Origin: Haliotis rubra
Taxonomy: Eukaryota
Direction: 5' to 3'
Assembly: GCF_003918875.1 (NCBI RefSeq)
Contig: NW_025765292.1
Span: 744,001 to 808,000 of the forward strand
Length of the DNA: 64,000 bases
Shown: piece after piece, positions 11,960-24,288 of the stretch
How the letters are laid out: each line of letters begins with the position of its first letter
Numbering within the stretch: position 1 is the first letter of the stretch
The notes under the pieces: model-generated
Databases searched by the model: none
What the model was told of the DNA's origin: nothing
What the model saw: only the letters and a program-made list of their open reading frames with translations
Translations under genes and position numbers: made by a program

Positions 11960-14065
11960 AAAGGCACTGTCATAGTAACCAACAGCGATGTATGGTGGTC
12001 CTTCTGGGCATTACCGACACTGCCATCTTCACTGATAGTGGCTGATTGGTTGTGCTTCTGTGCAGTAATGGCACTGTCACATTCATTGATAATGACTGGA
12101 TGGTTGTCCTTCTGTGCTGTAATGGCACTGTCATGTTCATTGATAATGACTCAATGGTTGTCCTGTGCTGTAATGGCACTGTCATGTTCATTGATAATGA
12201 CTGGATGGTTGTCCTTCTGTGCAGTAATGGCACTGTCACATTCATTGATAATGACTGGATGGTTGTCCTTCTGTGCTGTAATGGCACTGTCATGTTCATT
12301 GATAATGACTGGATGGTTGTCCTTCTGTGCTGTAATGGCACTGTCATGTTCATTGATAATGACTGGATGGTTGTCCTTCTGTGCTGTAATGGCACTGTCA
12401 TGTTCATTGATAATGACTGGATGGTTGTCCTTCTGTGTTGTCCTTCTGTGCAGTAATGGCACTGTCATGTTCATTGATAATGACTGGATGGTTGTCCTTC
12501 TGTGCAGTAGTGGCACTGTCATGTTCATTGATAATGACTGGATTGTTGTCCTTCTGTGCAGTAGTGGCACTGTCATGTTCATTGATAATGACTGGATGGT
12601 TATCCTTCTGTGCTGTAATGGCACTGTCATGTTCATTGATAATGACTGGATGGTTGTCCTTCTGTGCAGTAGTGGCACTGTCATGTTCATTGATAATGAC
12701 TGGATGGTTGTCCTTCTGTGCTGTAATGGCACTGTCATGTTCATTGATAATGACTGGATGGTTGTCCTTCTGTGCAGTAGTGGCACTGTCATGTTCATTG
12801 ATAATGACTGGATTGTTGTCCTTCTGTGCAGTAGTGGCACTGTCATGTTCATTGATAATGACTGGATGGTTGTCCTTCTGTGCAGTAGTGGCACTGTCAT
12901 GTTCATTGATAATGACTGGATGGTTGTCCTTCTGTGCTGTAATGGCACTGTCATGTTCATTGATAATGACTGGATGGTTGTCCTTCTGTGCAGTAATGGC
13001 ACTGTCATGTTCATTGATAATGACTGGATGGTTGTCCTTCTGTGCAGTAATGGCACTGTCATGTTCATTGATAATGACTGGATGGTTGTCCTTCTGTGCA
13101 GTAGTGGCACTGTCATGTTCATTGATAATGACTGGATTGTTGTCCTTCTGTGCATAGTATTGGCACTGTCATGTTCATTGATAATGACTGGATGGTTGTC
13201 CTTCTGTGCTGTAATGGCACTGTCATGTTCATTGATAATGACTGGATGGTTGTCCTTCTGTGCTGTAATGGCACTGTCATGTTCATTGATAATGACTGGA
13301 TGGTTGTCCTTCTGTGCAGTAGTGGCACTGTCATGTTCATTGATAATGACTGGATTGTTGTCCTTCTGTGCAGTAGTGGCACTGTCATGTTCATTGATAA
13401 TGACTGGATGGAGGTCCAAGATAGTATTGGCACTGTCATGTTCATTGATAATGACTGGATGGTGGTCCAGGGCATTAATGGCACTGCCATGTTCATTGAT
13501 AATGACTGGATCGAGGTCCAAGATAGTATTGGCACTGACATGTTCATTGATAATGACTGGATGGTGGTCCAAGGCATTAATGGCACTGTCATGTTCATTG
13601 ATAATGACTGGATGGTGGTCCAAAGCATTAATGGCACTGTCATGTTCATTGATAATGACTGGATGGTGGTCCAAGGCATTAATGGCACTGTCATGTTCAT
13701 TGATAATGACTGGATGGTGATCCAAGGCATTAATGGTACTTTCATGTTCATTGATAATGACTGGATGGTGGTCAAAGGCATTAATGGTGCTGCCATATTC
13801 ATTGATAATGACTGGATCGAGGTCCAAGGTAGTATTGCCACTGTCATGTTCATTGATAATGACTGGATGGTGGTCCAAGGCATTAATGGCACTGTCATGT
13901 TCATTGATAATGACTGGATGGTGGTCCAAGATAGTATTGGCACTGTCATGTTTATTGATAATGACTGGATGGTGGTCCAAGGCAGTATTGGCACTGTCAT
14001 GTTCATTCATAATTACTGGGTCCTCATCAGAGTAATGACCTGAACATGACTGGATGGTGGTCCTC
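11960..14065. repeat. Compound minisatellite: 54-bp units (to ~13410), then related 51-bp units
   Basis: The unit atggcactgtcatgttcattgataatgactggatggttgtccttctgtgcWgta is followed by a ...ggatggtggtccaaggcatta variant. The ORF translations repeat every 18 and 17 aa respectively. Confidence 0.97.
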
Positions 14066-16479
14066 CTGGTCAGTACAGACTCTGCCGTCTACACCAAGAC
14101 TATCTGGATGTTCTCCTGGGATGACACTATCATGTTAACTAACATTGATTTCACTGTGTCTTTCTTGTCATTAAAGGCACCATCATGTGATGGCACTGCC
14201 ATGTTCACCAAGGGTTCCTCATGGTCATCGTAAGATAATCTTGCAGTCAGTGGTTGCATAGTGATGCTTTAGAACAATTAGAGCCTATTTCACATTCACT
14301 AAGAGTGACTGCCATGTTCTTGAAAGACCAGTTATGATATGGGCAAGATCAGGAAGAGAATACTTCTGATAAAGTCCCTGATATTAACGAAGGATGGAGC
14401 AATTTTCTTGAACAGCTAACTAATATGTCAATAGGTATGGAAATGGTTGATTTGTCAATCTGAAAAGTAACTGATATTGATGAAACCTGTTAGGTTGTGA
14501 TTATCTAGAAATACACATCACACACTTGCTCTGAGTTGTTGAATACAGGTTTCAGTATTATGTTTTCACCATGAGGAATAGGATACATGAATACTCAGGA
14601 CATCCAGTTAATATATTTGAAGAATTTATTTTTTATATCTGTACTCTTGAGCACTGGAGCCATATGTTACACTGGTTTTTTTCAGGTGAATAATTCACAT
14701 GGCTTTGCATGTGTTTGGTGGGGAAAGACATGCTCACATTTTTTAACTAGTTGATAGTGATTCATAAACCCATTAAATTATTTAATGGACTCTGCTCTTA
14801 GCAGTGATTTTTTAAAAAGATTTTTTATGTATTTTGAAAAGTGGTTTTACTTTCAGCAATGTGAATGATTGTAAATGGTATCCTTCCAACCTTTATACAC
14901 AAGTGTACTACCATGAATATCTGCCAGCAGATGGTGCCATGAGTTATTTCTTGAGACAGCTGTGTTGTTGTTCATGTTATTGTTGTCTTGAGTATGTGTG
15001 CCATGCATCCTTGTTTCTTGTGTGCCTGGATATGATTTTGTGTGGAATATTTTCAGTGTTGTGTTTACTGCATAATGTCATCTTCTCCATTGTGGGCAAA
15101 AGCTAGATATGTACTGACAAAATATTTCTTTAATAATTATATATGTACAATACACTCATTATTATTATATATTATAATGTTCTAAACTAATATTTTAAGA
15201 TGTACAGATTAGTTTTGTGACTTTATTTACCTAATCATATTCGATGGTCACCTAGCTATCATCTTTTGACTGAAACTTTGTTAAGTGAAACTGACCAGGA
15301 CTTTCTGTAACAAATATAGTTGGGTGCTAATGTCTGGTTCAGAAAAACATTGTTTACACACAGACACATACTTGGCAACGAGTGAAATCATGAGCATTGA
15401 TGCCTGTCTAGTGATTCCCTGTTTCAGTGGTGAAGTGTGCTATAAAAGACAGTGTAAGAAAGTTCTGGCACGGAATCAATCCTCTCCATTTGCCATTTGT
15501 GAGGTGCATAGAATAGATGATGTTTCCAATGCTTTGATGTTGCCTAAGTATATCTGAGATTTGGTGTTATTTAAGTTGATAATTATGATTGTGTATTCTT
15601 ATTATTCTACACTTCACACCTGTTTGTAACGATACTGACACACATATAGTGAACAAGATGCCGTGGGAATTTGATGTGTTCTGAGTTTGCTGGCAGTAAA
15701 TCCTTACATGAAATTATTACAGATGATGACTGAGTGGTTGAGTATAACAGTATTGTGGTTATATCATGTGTCAGCTGGTTGTAGGAGCCAGGCCTGAAGT
15801 AATACAAGTATTGGATGTTTATCAGGAGCAAGTGTATGGTGCTGCCAAACATTCCAGAAACATCTGGGATTCAAACTAGCTTCTGGCATGCCCAAGGGAT
15901 GCAACTCTGCTCTGCAAGTTCCATCGCCATAGATGATGAGGTTACAGGTGACTTCTACAACAGGCATACAAAGGACAGTATTATAGTACTAGGCATAATT
16001 GTGTCTACAGCCAACCAAGCCAGTGTGTGGTGGACGATACAGCCCTCTATAGGTTGCCTTTCAAACAGGAGTTAAAAATATCTTCATACCATCACATACC
16101 AAATAAACAAATCTAGAGTAACGAAGCCATTGGTTAGTTATGAATGCAGTCATTAGAACTCATGAATATTTTTGGTTGTCATTTGTTTTGTCTCTTAGGC
16201 ATGACACTGGTTGGAGGGTTCATATTTGCTAGAGTATGTTTGTCAGCACCAAATCCATGCTTGTACTAAAAATCTGAAAGAACATCACTTAAGATATTCC
16301 TTTTACAAGCTGACTGTAAATTAGTCAGTGAAGAGGGTTTAGAGAGATATATTGTTTTTCTTTGGGAAGTTGGCAGTGTGTGACATGTATCTTTTATCTA
16401 CAAACCTGCAACCCTCTAAATTTAATTTCAAAATGTATTTTTATGCATTGTATTAGACATTATGCCTTATATCTTTCAG

Positions 16480-16544
16480 AAATTGCTGAGAACAATCGCC
16501 TACTGTTAGAAGCTGAACAGGCTGCCCATCTGTATGTCCATCAG
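16480..16544 (+). CDS. Coding exon ((Q)IAENNRLLLEAEQAAHLYVHQ)
   Basis: atctttcag acceptor and consensus CAG|gtaagt donor. 65 bp; phase 1 in, matching the 10664-10739 exon; phase 0 out. Confidence 0.8.
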
Positions 16545-17384
16545 GTAAGTGTCAGCTAATTCAGTAGCAGATTGAAAGATGTCATGTAGGCAGGGTTTGA
16601 AGTGCCTCAGCTCTCCAAGTGATGTAATGAAAGTCTGTGGACATGCTGCTCTTACATGCGATATATGCATAAAAAGAATCCTGAAGAAGATTTCAGTGTG
16701 AGTTCAGGTATTTTACCATAATAAATGCTTTAATGGGATTAATGAAGGCATAGACGATGTCTTCAGAGCCATGGAAACAAACAGGTGTTTGCTATACAGC
16801 ATCTGTGTTGAGTTTACGGCCTTGTCATATTACAACCTCTGCAGAATCACAGTAACAGGTCATGCAAATTATGCTGAAAACTATGACAACTGTCATAACC
16901 TTATAATTTTATTTGCTCACACTGGTGATGATTGTAACAAGTTCATCGCTGTGGTTTGTCTAACCTATGTAAAGGGGATCAAGAGTTTTGTCTGCAGTTA
17001 CTGGTTACCAATTCCTAAATTAGTCAATTGTGGTCAAAATGTACACTGTTTCACTGTTGAATGCCAGCACAATGCAATTGTGAAAGACACACTGAACATG
17101 ATTCACTTCTGAGTGTGGTTGATAAATAAATTTGTTATTTTTCTAAGAATGTTGGGAAAGTGTGTATGAACCAAGAATATTCTATAAGAATTATTGTTGT
17201 TAAATCAGAGGAATTTGAAATGTGAAATTGGGTGCCAATGATGACATAAAAATGCTGCAATATGATGTAGGGTGTCAAACTACATTCTAATGATATCACA
17301 TAGGAAGGCAACAATCAAATGGCATCATAACCAGCTATGATATCAAGCAGGAAAACTTCAGTTAATTACATCACAAAGTGCTGT

Positions 17385-18224
17385 GACATTACACGAGAAG
17401 GTTACAGTGCATTGATGACATTACACGAGAAGGTTACAGTGCATTGATGACATTACACGAGAAGGTTACAGTGCATTGATGACATTACACGAGAAGGTTA
17501 CAGTGCATTGATGACATTACACGAGAAGGTTACAGTGCATTGATTACATTACATGAGAAGGTTACAGTGCATTGATGACATTACACAGAAGGTTACAGTG
17601 CATTGATGAAATTACACGAGAAGGTTACAGTGCATTGATGACATTACATGAGAAGGTTACAGTGCATTGATGACATTACACGAGAAGGTTACAGTGCATT
17701 GATGACATTACATGAGAAGGTTACAGTGCATTGATGACATTACACAAGAAGGTTACAGTGCATTGATGACATTACACGGGCAGGTTACAGTGCATTGATG
17801 ACATTACACGAGAAGGTTACAGTGCATTGATGACATTACACAAAATGGTTACAGTGCATTGATGACATTACACGAGAAGGTTACAGTGCATTGATGACAT
17901 TACACAAGAAGGTTACAGTGCATTGATGACATTACACGAGAAGGTTACAGTGCATTGATGACATTACATGAGAAGGTTACAGTGCATTGATGACATTACA
18001 CAAGAAGGTTACAGTGCATTGATGACATTACATGAGAAGGTTACAGCGCATTGTGACATTACATGAGAAGGTTACAGTGCATTGATGACATTAAGGGCAA
18101 GTGCATTGATGATGTTACATTGCATTGATGACATTACACGAGAAGGTTACAGTGCATTGATGACATTACATGAGAAGGTTACAGTGCATTGATGACATTA
18201 CGCAAGAAGGTTACAGTGCATTGA
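17385..18224. repeat. 32-bp minisatellite (gacattacacgagaaggttacagtgcattgat), ~26 copies
   Basis: Direct tandem periodicity of 32 bp with high identity. Confidence 0.97.
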
Positions 18225-18339
18225 CACCATTTAGTGCTGTGGTATACAAAGGAAGCAAATGTGTAATGACACTATAAAGTGCTTTGATATCTTGGCGGAA
18301 GACAACAATTTCATGACATGAAAAGGTGCATTGCTATCA

Positions 18340-19390
18340 TACAGGGAGGCTACAATGTAATGACATCTTCTAGTGCAATGAGGCTAAAATGTAATGACAT
18401 CTTCTAGTGCTATTATATGCAAGAATGCTACAATTTGATGACATCATATAATGCATTGATATGCAAGGAGGCTACAATTTTAGGACATCATATAGTGCAG
18501 TGATATGCAAGGAGGCTACAATTTGAAGACATCATATAGTGCAATGATATGCAAGAATGCTACAATTTGATGACATCATATAATGCATTGATATGCAAGT
18601 AGGCTACAATTTGATGACATCATATAGTGCAGTGATATGCAAGGAGGCTACAATTTGATGACATCATATAGTGCAGTGATATGCAAGGAGGCTACAATTT
18701 GAGGACATCTTTAGTGCTATGATATGCAATGAGACTACAATGTAATGACATCTTGTAGAGAGACTACAATGTAATGACATCTTTAGTGCTATGATATGCA
18801 AAGAGACTACAATGTAATGACATCTTGTAGAGCTTTGATATGCAAGGAGACTGCAATTTGATGACATCATATAGCGCAGTGATTTGCCAGGAGGCTGCAA
18901 TTTGAGGACATCTTGTGCTATGATATGCAAAGAGACTACAATGTAATGACATCTTGCAGTGCTATGACATGCAAGGAGGCTACAATGTAATGACATCTTG
19001 TAGTGCTATGATATGCAAGGAGGCTGCAATGTAATGACATCTTGTAGAGCTATTACAGGCAAGGAGGCTACAATGTAATGACATCTTCTAGTGCTATGAT
19101 ATGCCAGGAGGCTACAATGTAATGACATCTTGTAGAGCTATGACATGCAAGGAGGCTACAATGTAATGACATCTTGTAGTGCTATGATATGCAAGGAGGC
19201 TACAATGTAATGACATCTTCTTGTGCTATGACATGCAAGGAGGCTACAATGTAATTACATCTTGTAGAGCTATGACATGCAAGGAGGCTACAATGTAATG
19301 ACATCTTGTAGAGCTATGACATGCAAGGAGGCTACAATGTAATGGCATCTTGTAGAGCTATGACATGCAAGGAGGCTACAATGTAATGAC
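18340..19390. repeat. ~44-bp minisatellite (ggaggctacaatgtaatgacatcttgtagagctatgacatgcaa)
   Basis: Direct tandem periodicity of 44 bp (for example 19151 and 19195), with two sequence variants. Confidence 0.95.
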
Positions 19391-20327
19391 GTTATGAAGT
19401 GTTTTCATATCACACATTGAAGGTTCAATGTAATACCTTAGTATTTGCATATTTTATTACTAAAATGCCTTCATGAAGACTGTCGTTCACCACAGTGAGC
19501 TAAGCAGTACAAAATATACTAGTAGATAGTTTTAACACAGAGTATGCTCCACTCAGACTAGTGTAACCCAAATGGTTTAGTGCTCACAGGTCTAAATGTC
19601 TAGATCATGTCCAACATTGGGCAGGAGTATTGGTTAGGTTGTGCTTCAACAAGCCTTTCAAGATTACTATCTTCAGCAGTAACCTGACCTTAGGAAGAAA
19701 TTCCTGTAGATAATTGTGTCCTGTAATATTTCCTTGTGAGTTGTCTGAGATGCCCCATTGTCAGACTTACAATGCTTCACTGGTATTTCTGCATGAATTC
19801 ACCTGAATAGCTTTTGTGTGTTTATGTACATCTTACAGTTTCCTACAGAAGTTATTTTGGCACATCTCAGTGTGTGGGATTACAGACCTATGTGTTTGTT
19901 TTGTATGACTGACTAGGATGCCTAAAGTGTGTTGAAGGGATATGACAATGACAATGTTTATGTGGCCTTGCATCCTCCCATATTCATTTACAAAATGTTT
20001 TAGGCCTAGGGGAAAAAAACGTCTAACCTTTGTGTGAGTGGATGATTTCCTGCCCATTTTACCTCTTTATTTAGGTTTATGGCTTGTTTTGTGCGTGTAT
20101 GTGTGTAAAAAAGCCTTGTTAATTGGTTGGGAAAACCGCAGAAATATTTCAGAATTAGATATGAAGTTATTTGTCAATGAAGATAGTCACCTCAACCATA
20201 CATATTGCATGTACAGTTTATTTGTGCTAGTCGTCATGATTATGTTATTTAGGAGTTGTGATAAAAAAATAAATGATAATATTTTATTAATTTTGTAAAA
20301 AAAAATAATCTATTTTCATCTTTTTAG

Positions 20328-20375
20328 GGTCATCAGGTGCTTACACTAATTAAGAAAAATGTATCACATAAGTAA
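20328..20375 (+). CDS. Possible terminal coding exon of the HMG gene (GHQVLTLIKKNVSHK*)
   Basis: Strong ttttcatctttttag acceptor, readable in phase 0 after 16544. An alternative acceptor at 20542 gives NRC*. No homology support. Confidence 0.25.
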   Translation, partial: GHQVLTLIKKNVSHK

Positions 20376-21259
20376 TGCTGGAAGTATTTAAAGATAAAGA
20401 GTGCAGTACTGTCATTTTCATTTATTTAATTGCTACAAGACCCATATATTTGCATCTGCAAATTTGTCAGATATATAGAAATAAATCTTTGTTTGATCCT
20501 AATCTCAAAATATCAAACAGTCCCCATGGTTTGTTATTCCAGAACAGATGTTGAATTTCATGGCAGAAGATACAAATGGAAACTGAAAATATTTTAAAAA
20601 ATGTAAAAGCCTTCTGTAAACTTTTGACAAAAGAACATGAAGATAGCAATCTAAGATTTATTGGAAAATAATGGACAAATTTGTAAAAGGACACCCTGAA
20701 AAAGTGGTTGGATAATGAAGCCCTCAAGATTGGAGTAAATACGGACGAAAGCATGGAAAGTCGTCATTCTGTTGGTGGAGATGTATGACAATGTTTACTC
20801 TGCTTTAACAGAAGATGCTATTAAAGGAGAAGATAAATAACAGCAGTCTACTGGTATTGGTGATGTTTGTTCAGCACAAACCAGGGACAGCTTACTGCCT
20901 TGTGTTGTTGAGTCACACCCGCCTGAAGTATTTAGGTGAACAAATTCTCATTCAGCTCTTCAACCAATATGGTTATCAATATAACTGACAATTCTGTTTA
21001 TGCATGTGTGAAAAACTTAAAAGATTGTTGGTGTACAGTTTTTAATCATTTTTTAATGACTAATTTTTTAAACTCATTATGAACTGATTTTTGTCCAGGT
21101 CCTAATGTTGCTGATAGTGTTGTTTGAGGTATTGTTATAAGAAAGTAACCAAGTTATTACATCAGTAATGTAGAGTCAATGTCAGTGTAGGTGAAAGTGA
21201 CAAAGCCTTTTTATACTTGTACGAAATCTCCACAAATAGTTCTGTTGTCTGTATGTTTC

Positions 21260-21406
21260 CAGGGGCGTAGCTACCATTATTAAAAAAAGCCCAGGCTTAC
21301 ACATGATTGATACTAAAAAGGTTGGACAAGCCCTCAATACTGTCTAAATATTAAGCTTTGCAACCTGTCGGGCTTACACGAAAAAAACTGGTTTGCTATG
21401 CGCCTG
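21260..21406. mobile_element. Small MITE with 5-bp TSD
   Basis: GTTTC|caggggcgtagc ... gctatgcgcctg|GTTTC; the TIR matches 10/12. Confidence 0.75.
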
Positions 21407-21559
21407 GTTTCTGGCTATATCATAAACATGTGAGTTACTATGATGTTCACAAAAAGTCCCAACAATGGCACCAAACACATGGACAGGCAAGTCATTTGTT
21501 CATCTGAAAAGAGATGGTATCATATGTTGAAAGTCAAAATAGGGAAATATGTGGGATAT

Positions 21560-21701
21560 CAGGGCAGATACAGCTTTTGACAGCTTTTTTGAGAAAGGGG
21601 GTGCACACTTCATTTTACCCGAAGTTTCAATGGTCATTTAACAAACTTTGAGGCAAGGGGGGCACCCTCACCCCTCCCCAACCCCTCTGGATCCACCTAT
21701 G
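21560..21701. mobile_element. Small MITE with 5-bp TSD
   Basis: GATAT|cagggcagatacag ... ctggatccacctatg|GATAT; imperfect CAGGG/CATAGG..GGATCCAG-type TIR. Confidence 0.7.
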
Positions 21702-22029
21702 GATATTATTTTTGTCACTGATGCATCAAATTTGGAAATGTTCTCCTTATGTTTACCATAAAACTATTAAAGGTTTTATCACAAATGCCTTGAATGTTGT
21801 CACCTTGAACAACTTTCGTCATTTTAAATTTGCAAATATTTGTTAGTGCAGGTCTTTGAAGTGGTTGCTATGTTGACTATGTTTTGTTCATGAAGCTTTG
21901 ACATGTTGATTTATTTTCTATTTCATTTGGGATCACACACTTAAAGCTAAGAGTAGGATATCTATTAAATCTTGGTTTATGTGTTTCCTTCACCTCCTAC
22001 AAATTTCCTACTGTTACTGTTGTTTGTGC

Positions 22030-22255
22030 TCAATATTTGGATTGTTTCATACTGCACCCAGGTACATGACAGCAGTCCATAAGTAACTGAGTCTGAACCC
22101 TTGACCGTCTAGTGATTGACATCATGAGCATCTATACAAATAGGATTACATGACATACATCAATCAACCATGTGACACTGTTAGTTGAGTTAGTTGTCAT
22201 CATAGTATAAGCATAGGTTGCTGCAGGTCAGTTCTACCCCTGGATCTTCAGGTGT
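22030..22255 (-). mobile_element. Old copy of SINE family B
   Basis: Reverse complement of the family B head (ttctacccctggatcttcag) and body (gtgattgacatcatgagcatc), strongly diverged. Confidence 0.65.
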
Positions 22256-23318
22256 TTCATGTCAGAACAGTTACTTGTGTATACCTACTGACTCCTGTGT
22301 TTGTGTGAAGACTACAAGTATCAAAAACCTGGTTTTCTTCAAACCTTACAATAGTTTGAGAATTCACTTAAAGTAGTACATTACTTAGGATGTTTTGACA
22401 TCTTTGAACAACCTGTTGAAAGAAAGTACTCTTTTGTCTTGTTTCATTGTGCCATTTTGTCCTCTTCAGTTTTATTGTGACCTTGAATGATGCATTGTAT
22501 GAAAAACTGATCAAATGAAAACAGTTGTTATTGGTTAGTTTACAATGTAACCAAGGTGTGTATCACAAACATAAAGCTGTAGATGTTTGTGTTTATCTAA
22601 CAACAGCAATGCTGTAGTATGAGTCTAATGTATGGTGGAGCAGTTGACTGTTGTCAGGTGAACTACAGAACGTCTCTCCTGTTGCTGTTTGGTTTGGAAA
22701 CTGGCAATATTACAGAAATACTTTGTTTACCAAAGGCTTTAAGAAATGTATCTTTAAAAGATAGGGTTTGTGTAATACAAAAATGCAATGCATTTACAAA
22801 GGCTGTTTTATTTGAAGAAGACTACTGCCATTGCTTAGCAACCAAGTATTGTGGAAACAGTCTGCATGAACTACGTATGAACACAGAGCGTTGTAAAAGC
22901 AATATTTATATTTGAATGTTTTACTGATTGAGATGTGTTGTGTGGATAATATTCAAATGTTTCAGGTTGGTTTATGTTTGTCAATCCAAACTTTTTTTCT
23001 GCCTTATTTAGTCAAGTTGAGCATATATGTTGTTTTAAATGTGTGACTATAAAGATAAGAATGAGATTTCAAGATTCTTGGATAACACACAACAACACGA
23101 ACTGAATGATTCTCATGTTTCGAAACTGTATAAGTAAATGTTATTTAGGTACATAATGTTGCTAATGAATGTAAATTTAGTTTTACACAAAAGAGATATA
23201 TATCTGCTCATGATCAAAATTTTTTTAGGTTTCTGCGATTATGTTTTATTGGTGATGAAATCACATTTTATTATAAAGGTAGAAGTACTCAATCTTTTTT
23301 TACAAACTGTAAGATAGC

Positions 23319-23324
23319 AATAAA
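23319..23324 (+). terminator. Candidate polyadenylation signal (end of the HMG gene or of a short isoform)
   Basis: AATAAA with an upstream TGTA (23308) and a downstream T/G-rich tract. The T/G skew weakens just after it. Confidence 0.35.
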
Positions 23325-24288
23325 ACTCCTGAAAATTATTGTCAAAATGTTTATTTGATGAGTTGAAATTCAGTCCCTTCTTTCACACAAACATGTCACC
23401 ACACGCTCTCCTATCTTCCCCTCCCTCAATTTTAGAGGTTTTTAGTCTAATCAAAGCAAAACTGAAAAGTAGATGATCTTTGTTAAAATGTTTGTGTCAC
23501 CTTCATTCTATGACAGACATGTGTGGCAGGCAAAACACATCAGACCCTTACAATTCCCTGACAACCAAACCATCTGAATAAATCTCGAGATTTTACTGCA
23601 GCTGACGACTTAAGCTATGAGCTCCCAACGCTGTGTGACAAATGAATGTTTTGCATTGGTGCTGAGACTCAGACCCCTATGGGATATATGGGAAAGGAAT
23701 CCGTCATATCTTGGTGTGTTTGAGTCTCCAGTATTTGTTTCATGGAACATGATTTTGTCAGTTATTTTTGTTGAGCACAGTCTTGACAGTACTGAAATGT
23801 AGGTTGTCTTTATTTACCTTTATGATGAAGGTAAGATTTATGAAAGGGAGGTAATTGTTTCTTTTCTTTTCCAATCTTTTGATTCACATCAGCTAGTGCA
23901 GAAACAAATTTATTCAGATTCATACATTGTTTCATAATGGACCCATTACATGTGAAATACATTGTAATATATTGTAAACATTTACATGAGTGTTCAAAGA
24001 CAAATGCTCAGTGTAAAAGTCTATACTGAATCTATAGATGCTTAACATCTGAGGTACCAGTACATTGTCTGACTAAGAGAAACATCAATTTTCCATGTAT
24101 TGATTTTTTGTTTCCACTTAAAACATACATTGTACATGCAATCTGAGTTTCAATTAACCTAAATCATAAAAGTGTTCAGTTCAATCTCATAAATATGTAT
24201 ATTCTGATTGTTAGTTTCATATGTTTTTACTTTGAACTGCTCAAGTGGTATTAATCTGGCCTGATTGGATTTTGCTAATAGTTGTGAA

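Noticed and set aside
11939-14043. Long ORFs of 240-619 aa on both strands
   Set aside because: They are translations of 54/51-bp tandem repeats, open in several frames at once, with no splice or domain support.
14338-14434. Protein-like stretch YGQDQEENTSDKVPDINEGWSNFLEQL with a gtatgg donor
   Set aside because: An in-frame TGA lies immediately upstream, and no acceptor gives an open phase-1 entry.
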